A stretch of DNA of 51,612 bases from Octopus bimaculoides (lineage: Eukaryota): assembly GCF_001194135.2 (NCBI RefSeq), contig NC_068983.1:139667786-139719397 (forward strand), given 5' to 3'. The notes under the pieces are model-generated. The model did no database searches, was not told the DNA's origin, and saw nothing but the letters and a program-made list of their open reading frames with translations. Below, one piece after another: positions 1 to 10,524 of the stretch. The translations under genes were made by a program, and so were the position numbers. Positions within the stretch are counted from its first letter, which is position 1. Every line of letters begins with the position of its first letter.

Positions 1-28
1 GTAACTGCACGATAAAGTGTAGTATATT

Positions 29-258
29 GCCACTTAAGTGTGGCTGACCCCTAGGGGTGGATGTTACTGTTGCTTTTAGCCCCAGGAGGACATCTCCTCC
101 AGCTGGCTTATCGACACACGACTGTGTCCTGTTTGCCAAGGGAGTTATCCCTCTCACCTCGACCAGCAGCACGAACGTATCCGGATTTCAGGGTTATTTC
201 CCTTCGTCGGCGTTCGACAGCTGATGACCTTGGTGAGAGAGACAAAAACCTGGCAAAC
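29..258. other. GC-richer, hairpin-dense segment, probably the end of an interspersed repeat; identity unknown
   Basis: Palindromes and hairpins at 29-44, 47-58 (ACCCCTAGGGGT), 85-100, 113-128, 139-152, 179-186, 190-203 and 206-218. Imperfect long-range inverted arms at 131-158 and 232-258. CTGATGA at 221-227. Confidence 0.45.
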
Positions 259-312
259 CTTATATCTTCTTTTCCAGTGAGATTCTTCAGTGATATTGAA
301 AAGGTGAAAACA

Positions 313-359
<47 letters not shown>

Positions 360-365
360 ACATAT
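313..365. repeat. (TA)n microsatellite, interrupted
   Basis: Direct reading. Confidence 0.95.
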
Positions 366-797
366 ATCGTAAAACACCACGAATTATGCGAGGTGATTAT
401 ATCTATTTAACCACTTGTTATTCGTAGGATTACGGCCGTTTCGCAGCCTTCATCATGTAATAATAATTTCATTGTAGGCTTACAAATCAATGCTGACATT
501 GAAGGTTATCTCTTCAGATCACCAGAATATAATCGTCAGACAAATTCCTCAACTTGAATACGGTCACTCACTAAGTGGCTCATGTCCCTAGCGTACAGAA
601 CTGTATCGCAATTTCTCCTTTTGCGGTAGACCGCTTTAATTTTAGATATAAAGTACATTCCATGTCATAGGCTCTTAATGCCTATGGTTAAACGCAATAC
701 CCTTTGTCAATATTATAAGGAAAACCGTTGAAAACTTGCTGATTTTCAAAACAGTACAAGTGTAAATGGCAAAGAAGCCACTCTTTGAATTTTATAA

Positions 798-798
<1 letters not shown>

Positions 799-853
<55 letters not shown>

Positions 854-1302
854 NNNNNNNNNNNNNNNNNNNNNNNNNNNNNNNNNNNNNNNNNNNNNNN
901 NNNNNNNNNNNNNNNNNNNNNNNNNNNNNNNNNNNNNNNNNNNNNNNNNNNNNNNNNNNNNNNNNNNNNNNNNNNNNNNNNNNNNNNNNNNNNNNNNNNN
1001 NNNNNNNNNNNNNNNNNNNNNNNNNNNNNNNNNNNNNNNNNNNNNNNNNNNNNNNNNNNNNNNNNNNNNNNNNNNNNNNNNNNNNNNNNNNNNNNNNNNN
1101 NNNNNNNNNNNNNNNNNNNNNNNNNNNNNNNNNNNNNNNNNNNNNNNNNNNNNNNNNNNNNNNNNNNNNNNNNNNNNNNNNNNNNNNNNNNNNNNNNNNN
1201 NNNNNNNNNNNNNNNNNNNNNNNNNNNNNNNNNNNNNNNNNNNNNNNNNNNNNNNNNNNNNNNNNNNNNNNNNNNNNNNNNNNNNNNNNNNNNNNNNNNN
1301 NN

Positions 1303-1379
<77 letters not shown>
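799..1379. repeat. (CA)n - assembly gap (854-1302) - (TG)n
   Basis: Direct reading. The overlapping THTH/CVCV ORFs are artefacts of the repeat and the Ns. Confidence 0.95.
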
Positions 1380-1382
<3 letters not shown>

Positions 1383-2040
1383 TAAAAACATGAATGTATA
1401 CATAATTTTTCCTGGGCTTAGAAGAAGCGAAACAGTGATTGACGTGAGAGCTCTCTATCGGAAATACATAATTGTCAGGAAATCCTTTACACACGAAACG
1501 ATGTCAGTAACATCTGTGGGAGACTTATCATCAACTTAACTACTCACCATGTTTAGCCAGTCTAATTATATGTATTTATTGTTTGAACATATGACATTTC
1601 TGTTCCATAACCTATGTAACTTTTCGAGTATATAATTGTTTAGTACATTAATGAAAACTACTAAAGAGAAAATCTACTAGAAGAATATAATTTAATTCAC
1701 AGGGGAAAAAATGTAGTTGAAAATCCATGTCAGATGCTCAAACTATTTTACAGTTATCACTGTCTTATCTGTTGATATATTAAGTGGTTGATTAAGTACG
1801 ATACATTAGTGATATATTTTATCCTTTGCTAGTTTAATTTATTAGACTGTGGCCAGGCAAGTAAATACCTGAGAGAGTTTAAAGTGAAATGAATCGATAC
1901 CAGTGGTGACCTTTTATAGAAGCACGGTACTTATTCCAACGAAAGGCTACGTTACGGAACGTAACTACACCAACAACGGTTGTGAAGCGGTGGTGGGGAA
2001 AACCATGAACAAAAAGACACGCATACATACACACGCACAT

Positions 2041-2043
<3 letters not shown>

Positions 2044-2109
<66 letters not shown>
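2044..2109. repeat. Compound (CA)n(TA)n(TG)n microsatellite forming a perfect 66-bp palindrome
   Basis: 27 nt of CA repeat + ATATATATATAT + 27 nt of GT repeat; self-complementary about 2076/2077. Confidence 0.95.
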
Positions 2110-2115
<6 letters not shown>

Positions 2116-2124
2116 CTCTAAATG

Positions 2125-2240
2125 CTTTGGTGGGATTGAGGCTATAGTGGAAGACACTTGCTCATGCTACTACACAGTGTGACAGAAGCCTGGACCATGT
2201 GGTTGGTCAGCGAGCTTCTTTCGACACAGTCACTCCTGCG
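2125..2240 (-). mobile_element. SINE family A, 5' head fragment, degenerate
   Basis: Shares GAGGCTATAGT.GAAGACACTTGC and ACCATGT.GTT.GT with the copy at 41888-42255. Confidence 0.6.
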
Positions 2241-2378
2241 TCTATATTATATAAATATATGATATATTTTTTCTGATATATATGTATGTTTGTGTGTGTG
2301 TAGGTAAATATAGATATATACATATATATGTACACACGCACGCGCGCGCGCGCACACACACAAACACACACTCACACA

Positions 2379-2420
<42 letters not shown>

Positions 2421-2424
2421 TAAA

Positions 2425-4945
2425 ACTTAGATAAAAAAAGATATGTTTCGACAAAAGATTGGTCCAGGCGATGTCTAACTTCATAGCACCACCTGATAGG
2501 ATTATCTATATCCTTTTTACAGTCAAGTTTTGTTTATCGTCCATTCAAGTAATGAGTTCTTATTGAGTGAGTTGTGTCCAGGTATGGGTGGCTTGTCTGG
2601 TATTCCTTGAAAAAAATCTGTCTAGACTCCGTTTAAAGCTGATAGGATACTTTTCCTCTTTAACTGTTTCGGGACAGTGTTAAACATGGCAGGGCTTGGT
2701 GAGGAAAATAAATTATGCCGCAGTGTACTTATATGTTGTGATCCTGAATTGGGCAGGGGAATTTATGGCCCGTAGTCCCAGCCTTGGATGAACCTTGAAA
2801 CTAGCTTTCAGGTCGCTTGGGCAAGGCTGGTGGTATATTTTCCACATCGTACAGATGATATACCACTCGCGGCGGCTCTGGAGAGAGTAGAGCTTTAAGG
2901 CGTACTAGAGCTTTAAGACGTAGTAGAGCTTTAAGACGTAGTAGAGCTTTAAGACGTAGTAGAGCTTTAAGACGTAGTAGAGCTTTAAGACGTAGTAGAG
3001 CTTTAAGGCGTAGTAGAGCTTTAAGACGTAGTAGAGCTTTAAGACGTAGTAGAGCTTTCAGGCGTAGTAGAGCTTTAAGACGTAGTAGAGCTTTAAGACG
3101 TAGTAGAGCTTTAAGGCGTAGTAGAGCTTTAAGGCGTAGTAGAGCTTTAAGACGTAGTAGNNNNNNNNNNNNNNNNNNNNNNNNNNNNNNNNNNNNNNNN
3201 NNNNNNNNNNNNNNNNNNNNNNNNNNNNNNNNNNNNNNNNNNNNNNNNNNNNNNNNNNNNNNNNNNNNNNNNNNNNNNNNNNNNNNNNNNNNNNNNNNNN
3301 NNNNNNNNNNNNNNNNNNNNNNNNNNNNNNNNNNNNNNNNNNNNNNNNNNNNNNNNNNNNNNNNNNNNNNNNNNNNNNNNNNNNNNNNNNNNNNNNNNNN
3401 NNNNNNNNNNNNNNNNNNNNNNNNNNNNNNNNNNNNNNNNNNNNNNNNNNNNNNNNNNNNNNNNNNNNNNNNNNNNNNNTAAGGCGTAGTAGAGCTTTAA
3501 GGCGTAGTAGAGCTTTAAGACGTAGTAGAGCTTTAAGACGTAGTAGAGCTTTAAGACGTAGTAGAGCTGTAAGGCGTAGTAGAGCTTTAAGGCGTAGTAG
3601 AGCTTTAAGACGTAGTAGAGTTTTAATGCGTAGTAGAGCTTTAAGGCGTAGTAGAGCTTTAAGGCGTAGTAGAGCTTTAAGACGTAGTAGAGCTTTAATG
3701 CGTAGTAGAGCTTTAAGGCGTAGTAGAGCTTTAAGACGTAGTAGAGCTTTAAGACGTAGTAGAGCTGTAAGGCGTAGTAGAGCTTTAAGGCGTAGTAGAG
3801 CTTTAAGACGTAGTAGAGCTTTAATGCGTAGTAGAGCTTTAAGGCGTAGTAGCGCTTTAAGGCGTAGTAGAGTTTTAAGACGTAGTAGAGCTTTAAGACG
3901 TAGTAGAGCGTTAAGGCGTAGTAGAGCTTTAAGGCGTAGTAGAGCTTTAAAACGTAGTAGAGCTTTAAGACGTAGTAGAGCTTTAAGGCGTAGTAGAGCT
4001 TTAAGACGTAGTAGAGCTTTAAGACGTAGTAGAGCTTTAAGACGTAGTAGAGCTTTAAGGCGTAGTAGAGCTTTAAAGCGTAGTAGAGCTTTAAAACGTA
4101 GTAGAGCTTTAATACGTAGTAGAGCTTTAAGACGTAGTAGAGCTTTAAGGCGTAGTAGAGCTTTAAGGCGGTAGAGATTTAAGGCGTAGTAGAGTTTTAA
4201 GGTGGTCCCCGTAATCAAGATCAGTCATGCCTTTAATTCGTTTAGTGCGTGCTCTCTGGGGTGATTCAATCCTCGAGTTTTGTTTTGTATGGGGAGACCA
4301 CAGGGGGCAGCAGTATTCGAGATGTGGCCGTACAAAGGAGGAGAAAAGTGGAATGATGACACCTTGTTCTCTGGACCGGAAGATTCTGAAAATCCAGGAG
4401 CTCATCCTACGAGCTATATTAACCTTATTATTGATGTGGGCACTCCAATGGAGATTGTTGTCAACAATTACACCCAGATCTCTGATATTATTGGGTGCCG
4501 TGAGCGGTTCCCCTCAAGGAAAAGTGTATGGCTGTTTTAGTATAGACTTTCTTCCAAAATGCATCAGTTCAAATTTTCCCTCGTTCAGTTTCACTTTGTT
4601 TTTATCTGCCCATTGACTCACAGCATATAGATCAGTCTGGAGTTGAGTTCACTCTTCTTCTTCATTGATGATTTGCTGGAGCTTAGTGTCATCAGCCAAT
4701 ATTTTCACTTTGCAGTGATTTACGACACTGGAAAGGTAATTTATATAAATTATAAAGAGGAGCGGGCCCAAGACAGTCCCCTGAGGGACACAACTGGTGA
4801 CTTTTGCTGGTCTTGAGTGCATTCCATCGACCATAACTTCTTGTATTCTATTCTCCACGAAATACTTAATCCAGTGTAGAAGTTTTCCACGGATTCCAAC
4901 ATTTTCCAATTTTGTAAGATATTATAGACAACCTTGTCGAGCGCT
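2425..4945 (-). mobile_element. CR1-group LINE relic: 5'-truncated RT and C-terminus plus 3' UTR, interrupted by a minisatellite
   Basis: Minus-strand motifs VPQGTVLGPLLFIIYIN, LADDTKL, IRDLGVIVD, FVRPHLEYCCPLWSP, IESPQR. After the array the text resumes YSLQSRREWYIICTMWKI and FKRSLDRFFQGIPDKP. Stops and frameshifts are present. Confidence 0.9.
2886..4200. repeat. 18-bp minisatellite AAG(G/A)CGTAGTAGAGCTTT, about 15 units left and about 38-40 units right of gap 3161-3479
   Basis: Direct reading of head-to-tail units with no spacers; explains the RLKALL and RSRALR ORFs. Confidence 0.97.
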
Positions 4946-5090
4946 TTACTGAAGATTTGGGTATGAGACTCGTGTCTGCCAAGTTTGTGCCAAAACTGCT
5001 TTCAGCTCACCAAGAAGACACTTGGGTTTTAGTTGCACAAGATCACCTTGATTGTGTCGAGAACGATGAAAACTTTTTGAAAACTTTGGG
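4946..5090 (+). mobile_element. Mariner transposase fragment
   Basis: Translates TEDLGMRLVSAKFVPKLLSAHQEDTWVLVAQDHLDCVENDENFLKT, matching the mariner linker (WVP/FVP.L motif) just before the catalytic domain. Confidence 0.75.
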
Positions 5091-5869
5091 TAGGACTCTG
5101 ATCAGGTATCGCCAAGCTTTTGGCACAATTTAATAGAGATTCTCTGTTATATGTGCTCTGGTCAAATCAACGAAAACACGCTACATACGTTATTTTCAAT
5201 CACTGCTATAAAGAGTGGAAGTGAACTAGAACGTTTAAACTTAATGTGCATGTATAAGAGAGTTCAAAGTCAATCTGTGCTAAGCGGCTTTATATATATA
5301 TATGAAGCTCATTAACAGGCATTGGATACCGAATGTCATCATACAGAGGCAAAACGCCGGCCGCTGGATATACATCTGGAATACCATAGTATCCGCTGAC
5401 ATTATACAAGAGATGAATTGCATAAAATTGAGAAAATGAACTGAATGTCATTCTTTATTTCATACAGCAATTAGTACACTGATTTGTGTATTCATTCTTG
5501 TATAGAGTGAAATGAGAATCTGACGTAACAATGGACTTATTCAGCATCTGAAGAAGCACATTTTACATCTTTGATGGATGGTAGCGATTACGCAGTACGA
5601 TAAGCATACCGTCTCATCAATGTACTGCAGGCGTGACGATGTGTGGGAACGATTGTATTAATATGAAATAAAGAACGTCGTTCACTCTATGTTCTTTTAT
5701 TCATCACTTATACGTATGCATGCATGTGTGTATGCACGTGTGTCTGTATGTATTTATGTATGTATATATGTATATATTATATATTTTGTTTCATGTATGC
5801 ATTGTCATGTTCATAGATATTTAAATGATAAACTACAGACATTAGAGCTCTTGTGATTGATTGGATTTG

Positions 5870-7101
5870 TATGTCATTATTTAGTTTATTTCAATATTTT
5901 CTTAACAATAAACAACGGGTTTCTAACCTCCATCCAATGTTCCCTCATTGGAATGTCAACACGAACAACGGGGTACTTTTGTATGTATGTATGTTTGTGC
6001 AGATTTGTCTGTTTTATGTATGTATTCTCAACGCATATAGTTACATATCTAGACATGCTCATATACATTTAAATGATAAACTTCTGGAATGTTTTACAGA
6101 TTTTTACAGTTCCAGTTATGGATTGGATCTGCAGCCTCCAAATTAGCTTTCTCCTTTCTGGTTTTGAGAAGCCTAATTTCTCAAGATTGATATTTAGGCA
6201 GTGTGTTACATATCCCAGGGCACCAATAATTACAAGTATAAACCTGAACTTGCAATCTGGATAGAGTAACTGCAGATTTCTCAACAGTTCAGCATAGGTG
6301 TTCTCTTTTTCATTGAGCTTCAGCTTTATGCTAACATCCGCTGAGCAGCTAATTTCTACAACTGTGCACAGTTTCTCTTCTCTATCCCAAATCATTATAT
6401 CAGGTTTGTTGTGATTACATTTTATTGAGGTCTTCATTGATACATTCCACCACTACTCATTTGTGGGTTTCTATTTCTTTGTCCTCAGGCTTAACTTTCC
6501 GACGGATTCCATTACAGAGTGTCCTAGCTGCAACGTCATGTCTCATCGGTAGATAACACCGTGATGACATTTTCGGATAACTGCTTATGATGTTGGTGAT
6601 ATCTTCAGTGAACGCCACTAAGTGTGCATCGGTTGTCATATTTTACTGCATTTCCTGCTTCTCTGTCCCTTTTGTGCATCAGGTACTTGGCTGATATTTC
6701 TTGTTCCTGAATTGCAAATGCATACCGATCAAAGTGGGAATTAGTGATCCGGCTATTGGTTCATGAGAAACTGCTTTGATGGTCGATGTTACTAGGTTTC
6801 TACTAAGATATCCATGCATAGAATTCTGCTCATATAGGCTCATCCTTTCATGTACTGATATGTTGTAGTAGTGTCGTGCAAATTCTTTGGGCATGTATAT
6901 AACACTATTTATCCTCACCAAACTCCAACTCTGCATCCTTAGAGAATGTTGTAACTAGGTGAAGGGTCTTTTCCATCTCATGCATATTCTTTGCATAAAG
7001 TTCTGAGCCATTTACAAAGAAAGTGTGTAATTTTGGTATTTCTGTTTCTTTGTGAACCAGTGAGATATCCTTCAAACTTCCCTAGCATGAATGACAAGGG
7101 G
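5870..7101 (-). mobile_element. R4/Dong-type non-LTR retrotransposon relic (copy 1): RT fragment, internal deletion, zinc-knuckle remnant, restriction-like endonuclease, 3' UTR
   Basis: LVTTFSKD..LEFGEDK (RT); EDITNIISSYPKMSSR.YLPMRHDV (knuckle region); KPDIMIWD...VVEISC...VIIGALG (PD-D/ExK endonuclease); stop at 6069. Confidence 0.9.
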
Positions 7102-7127
7102 TGTATGTATGTATGTATGTATGTATG

Positions 7128-7163
<36 letters not shown>

Positions 7164-7224
7164 TGTATGCATGTATGAATGTATGCATTATGTATGTATA
7201 CATGTAAGTATGTAAGAATGTATG
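7102..7224. repeat. (TATG)n microsatellite, interrupted
   Basis: Direct reading. Confidence 0.95.
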
Positions 7225-8290
7225 TACGCGGGTAAGGCAGATATTATACGCACTCTTTCTGTAATTTATCAAAAGAAAATCAGTGACATAGCCACCTAAC
7301 TTTACAAAGCACTACTTTCAGCGGTCCAAAACTGAATTATTTCATGAGAGAAGAATGTTTTCGGCTGGTCGCGCAGCCAGTTATGCACCGTTTCCACCGC
7401 TTCATCTGTAGTAAATCGAGAACCTCGTAATGGATGTTAAGAATGGTTCGAAAAGGTGATTGTCAGAACGAGTCAAATCTAGACTGTATGCAATGTGGTT
7501 CAACAGCTCGAAGCATATTCTTTCAATGGTTTCAACGGTGGCTGAACGACCATATCTACGCGCGCAATGTCTTGCATCTATTGTACTCGGCGCTTAATGC
7601 GAATTGATGTTTTTCGTTTGTTTGACTAGCATTTTACTGCAGCCTACCCTAATAAATGTAGGCCCCATTTCCAAATAATGTGCCAGTACAAGTCATTTTG
7701 CTATCCCTATAATATTTAATAACACTTTGTCTGAGGAACATCAAGTTTTAAATTTCTTTTTCGCTGTCAATTCCGGCTATTTCCAATCATTATACTATGT
7801 TTTGGATTCTGGCTCAAAGTGATGGATTCAGATCACATCTGTTGTGACTACTGTCTCATAAAAAAAACTTCACCTTCATCATCTCCACACGATTGCACGT
7901 ATGCCCTTGGATAACATTTCTTTGCACTCATCTCGCCCAAACTTTATGGTTGCGAACCTTGTCGTCGATGATTTGTTATGCAGAAACTTTACTGATTTTC
8001 AGAGAACATCTACCTGATTGATTTTCAATCGTTACCTTGCCATAGCCGTTTCTAGAGTTTGTCATATCTTCACGCCAGTTATGCATGTTGATGCTGTTCC
8101 GCCCCACTTCGTGATTCACATTTATTCGGAATTTTCAAACTTCTGAACCCTCTGTACATACTCTAAGCGGCATAGCGTAGTCCCCGTAGAATACTTAAAG
8201 CCTATAATGAATTTTAACCCTTGACACACGTTTAGACCAAAACAATCCTTAGTGCATTTTGCTATCGGATTGGTAATGTTTACTTAGTAA
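7225..8290 (-). mobile_element. Near full-length decayed mariner (Tc1/mariner) transposon
   Basis: Minus-strand remnants IHYRL..FYGD (N-term), VVTTDVI*IHHFEPESK (first catalytic D), HIAYSLDLTRSDNHLFEPF (YSPDLAPSD motif), RGSRFTTDEAV..VHNWLRDQPKTFF. TA plus TIR-like CGCGGGTAAGGCAGATATTATACGCA at 7225-7252. The opposite TIR was not found. Confidence 0.85.
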
Positions 8291-10183
8291 CACATGAAAG
8301 AAAGCAGGAGAGATCAATGTCAACTTCGATTATGTAACCAAAAGAGTACGACCTTTTAGCACGCGAGCGCTGAAGGCGAGCCAACATAAAGGAAGTCTTG
8401 GTGAAATTGTGAATACCTTTTGAGTTCCCTTGAACATTGACAAAGCTAGATCTCGATCAAATTTGAAGAAGCACCACATAGATGATATGCGACAAGCTCA
8501 CATGTTCTTAGGCACATAGATTTGTCAATGAACAAAATTACTTTCACCACTGATACGTTTATCTTTTTCTTATTCTGTAGCAACGAACTTTTTTGACGTG
8601 TATAAAGTACTTAGTGTATATTTATAAATAGACTTAGTCGATATTGCATGACATTTGGTTGGTACAATTGATCAATGATATTATTTTATATTTAGTGCTT
8701 TCATAATGGAATATTTAATATATATATATATATANNNNNNNNNNNNNNNNATATATATAACGGCGGGTCGGGGCTGAGGTATATATAAAAATATACCGTG
8801 ATGCATTATTGCAATTTAACCTCTGAACACAGGTTTCTGCATTAATTTTAGATATCTGTTCCTTGTCACTTGTTTTCCTTTTCAATGCAATACGATTTCA
8901 GAGGTTGGCCCATCTATATTTTGATCAAATACTCCAAACTAAAGCAAGCATATTATATGAAACTGTAAATGGCAACATATATATTGACGTCAAATATTCA
9001 ATAGATTCATGTAAACAAACATCGTTAATGATAACTATGACAACAATCGTAAATGTTTTATTATCTTTCTGGAAGAATAATTTGCATTGCTTCATTCACG
9101 TTATATTATTTACATTGTCCACTTTTAATTTATTTGTGTAGGATTTAATAAAAATATTTGCACTTCGTGTCATTCTTTATGATTTCTGTTTTACACTAAA
9201 CATATTACATTACTGCGTGTTTACTTCATTTTTACATTATAAATTAATGATGTACTTCGTGGGACAATTACGTGAACTGACATTGTACACATCAATAGAC
9301 GGTATATCAAAGTTTCTGTTATGGATGCATCATTACAAAATAATGTAAACTAGTGAGAAATTGCACATTAAAGTTCTTAATTGCATGGCAATTTTATATG
9401 GATTAGGATTTCACTATTCATATATTTTTTTCAAAATGAAATTTAAGTAATACCTTTCCTTTATTATAAACATATATTTCGTCCATCGAGAGGTACTTCA
9501 TGATTTCGATTAAAATAAATCATTCCTCTCTGAATGTCATTATAAGATAAACGGATAGCAAAACCAGGCTTCGTTTATTTGGTATATTTCAGCTTATCTA
9601 ATGCAAGGATTTGAAGATTAATTGCGTCAAGAATTCCCGTATGCCCAATGGTTGAAAAAAGTGTGAGAAGTTGCTCAGTTAAATAGAAAATTGTATTTAC
9701 ACGATTGAAGAATATTTTTGTTTCTTCTATTTTCAGTTCTCTTAGACAACAGAGCCAATGAAATATGCCCACATGAATGTAATATACACTAAATGCGCAC
9801 AATACTTGATGATGGCATCGAAAAAATGCGCATGAGGTTTCGTTCAGTTTGTAACCTATGAAGTATTTCGTTAGATTAATCTGACTGTTGATACTACTAC
9901 GTTGAATAGAACATAGCAATCGTAATATATGATCATATGAAAATGTCGAAAGCACGGACAGGAGAAGACATTGGCTCTGGTCTACATCAGAATACTCTAA
10001 GAATGTGAGCTTATGCGAAGAAGCTTGTGTTTAATACGTAATGAACTACCTTGCATACAGACCGTAATTTTAGGCTTGGACAGTCTAAAAATATGAACGC
10101 AATATACATCACACAAAACCACATACACACCTGCGTACTCGCATATGCATACGCATATGTGTCTGTGCACGTAAATACAGAAA

Positions 10184-10186
<3 letters not shown>

Positions 10187-10227
<41 letters not shown>

Positions 10228-10452
10228 NNNNNNNNNNNNNNNNNNNNNNNNNNNNNNNNNNNNNNNNNNNNNNNNNNNNNNNNNNNNNNNNNNNNNNNNN
10301 NNNNNNNNNNNNNNNNNNNNNNNNNNNNNNNNNNNNNNNNNNNNNNNNNNNNNNNNNNNNNNNNNNNNNNNNNNNNNNNNNNNNNNNNNNNNNNNNNNNN
10401 NNNNNNNNNNNNNNNNNNNNNNNNNNNNNNNNNNNNNNNNNNNNNNNNNNNN

Positions 10453-10521
<69 letters not shown>
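10187..10521. repeat. (TA)n - gap - (GA)n
   Basis: Direct reading. Confidence 0.95.

Positions 10522-10524
<3 letters not shown>

Noticed and set aside
2886-4200. CRISPR-like appearance and 386-aa/182-aa repetitive ORFs
   Set aside because: Units are contiguous with no unique spacers, there are no cas genes and the context is eukaryotic. The ORFs arise only from a stop-free 18-mer plus Ns.
8759-8780. 22-nt GC-rich snippet between TA runs
   Set aside because: Adjacent to a gap, too short to interpret, possibly an assembly artefact
9575-9955. 126-aa minus-strand ORF with hydrophobic, faintly GPCR-like segments
   Set aside because: GTG start, AT-rich codons, no DRY/NPxxY or other family motif, and flanking frames are closed. 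A decayed gene cannot be excluded without an HMM search.
9750-9980. 11-bp inverted repeat CAGAGCCAATG/CATTGGCTCTG
   Set aside because: Too short, with no extension; compatible with chance
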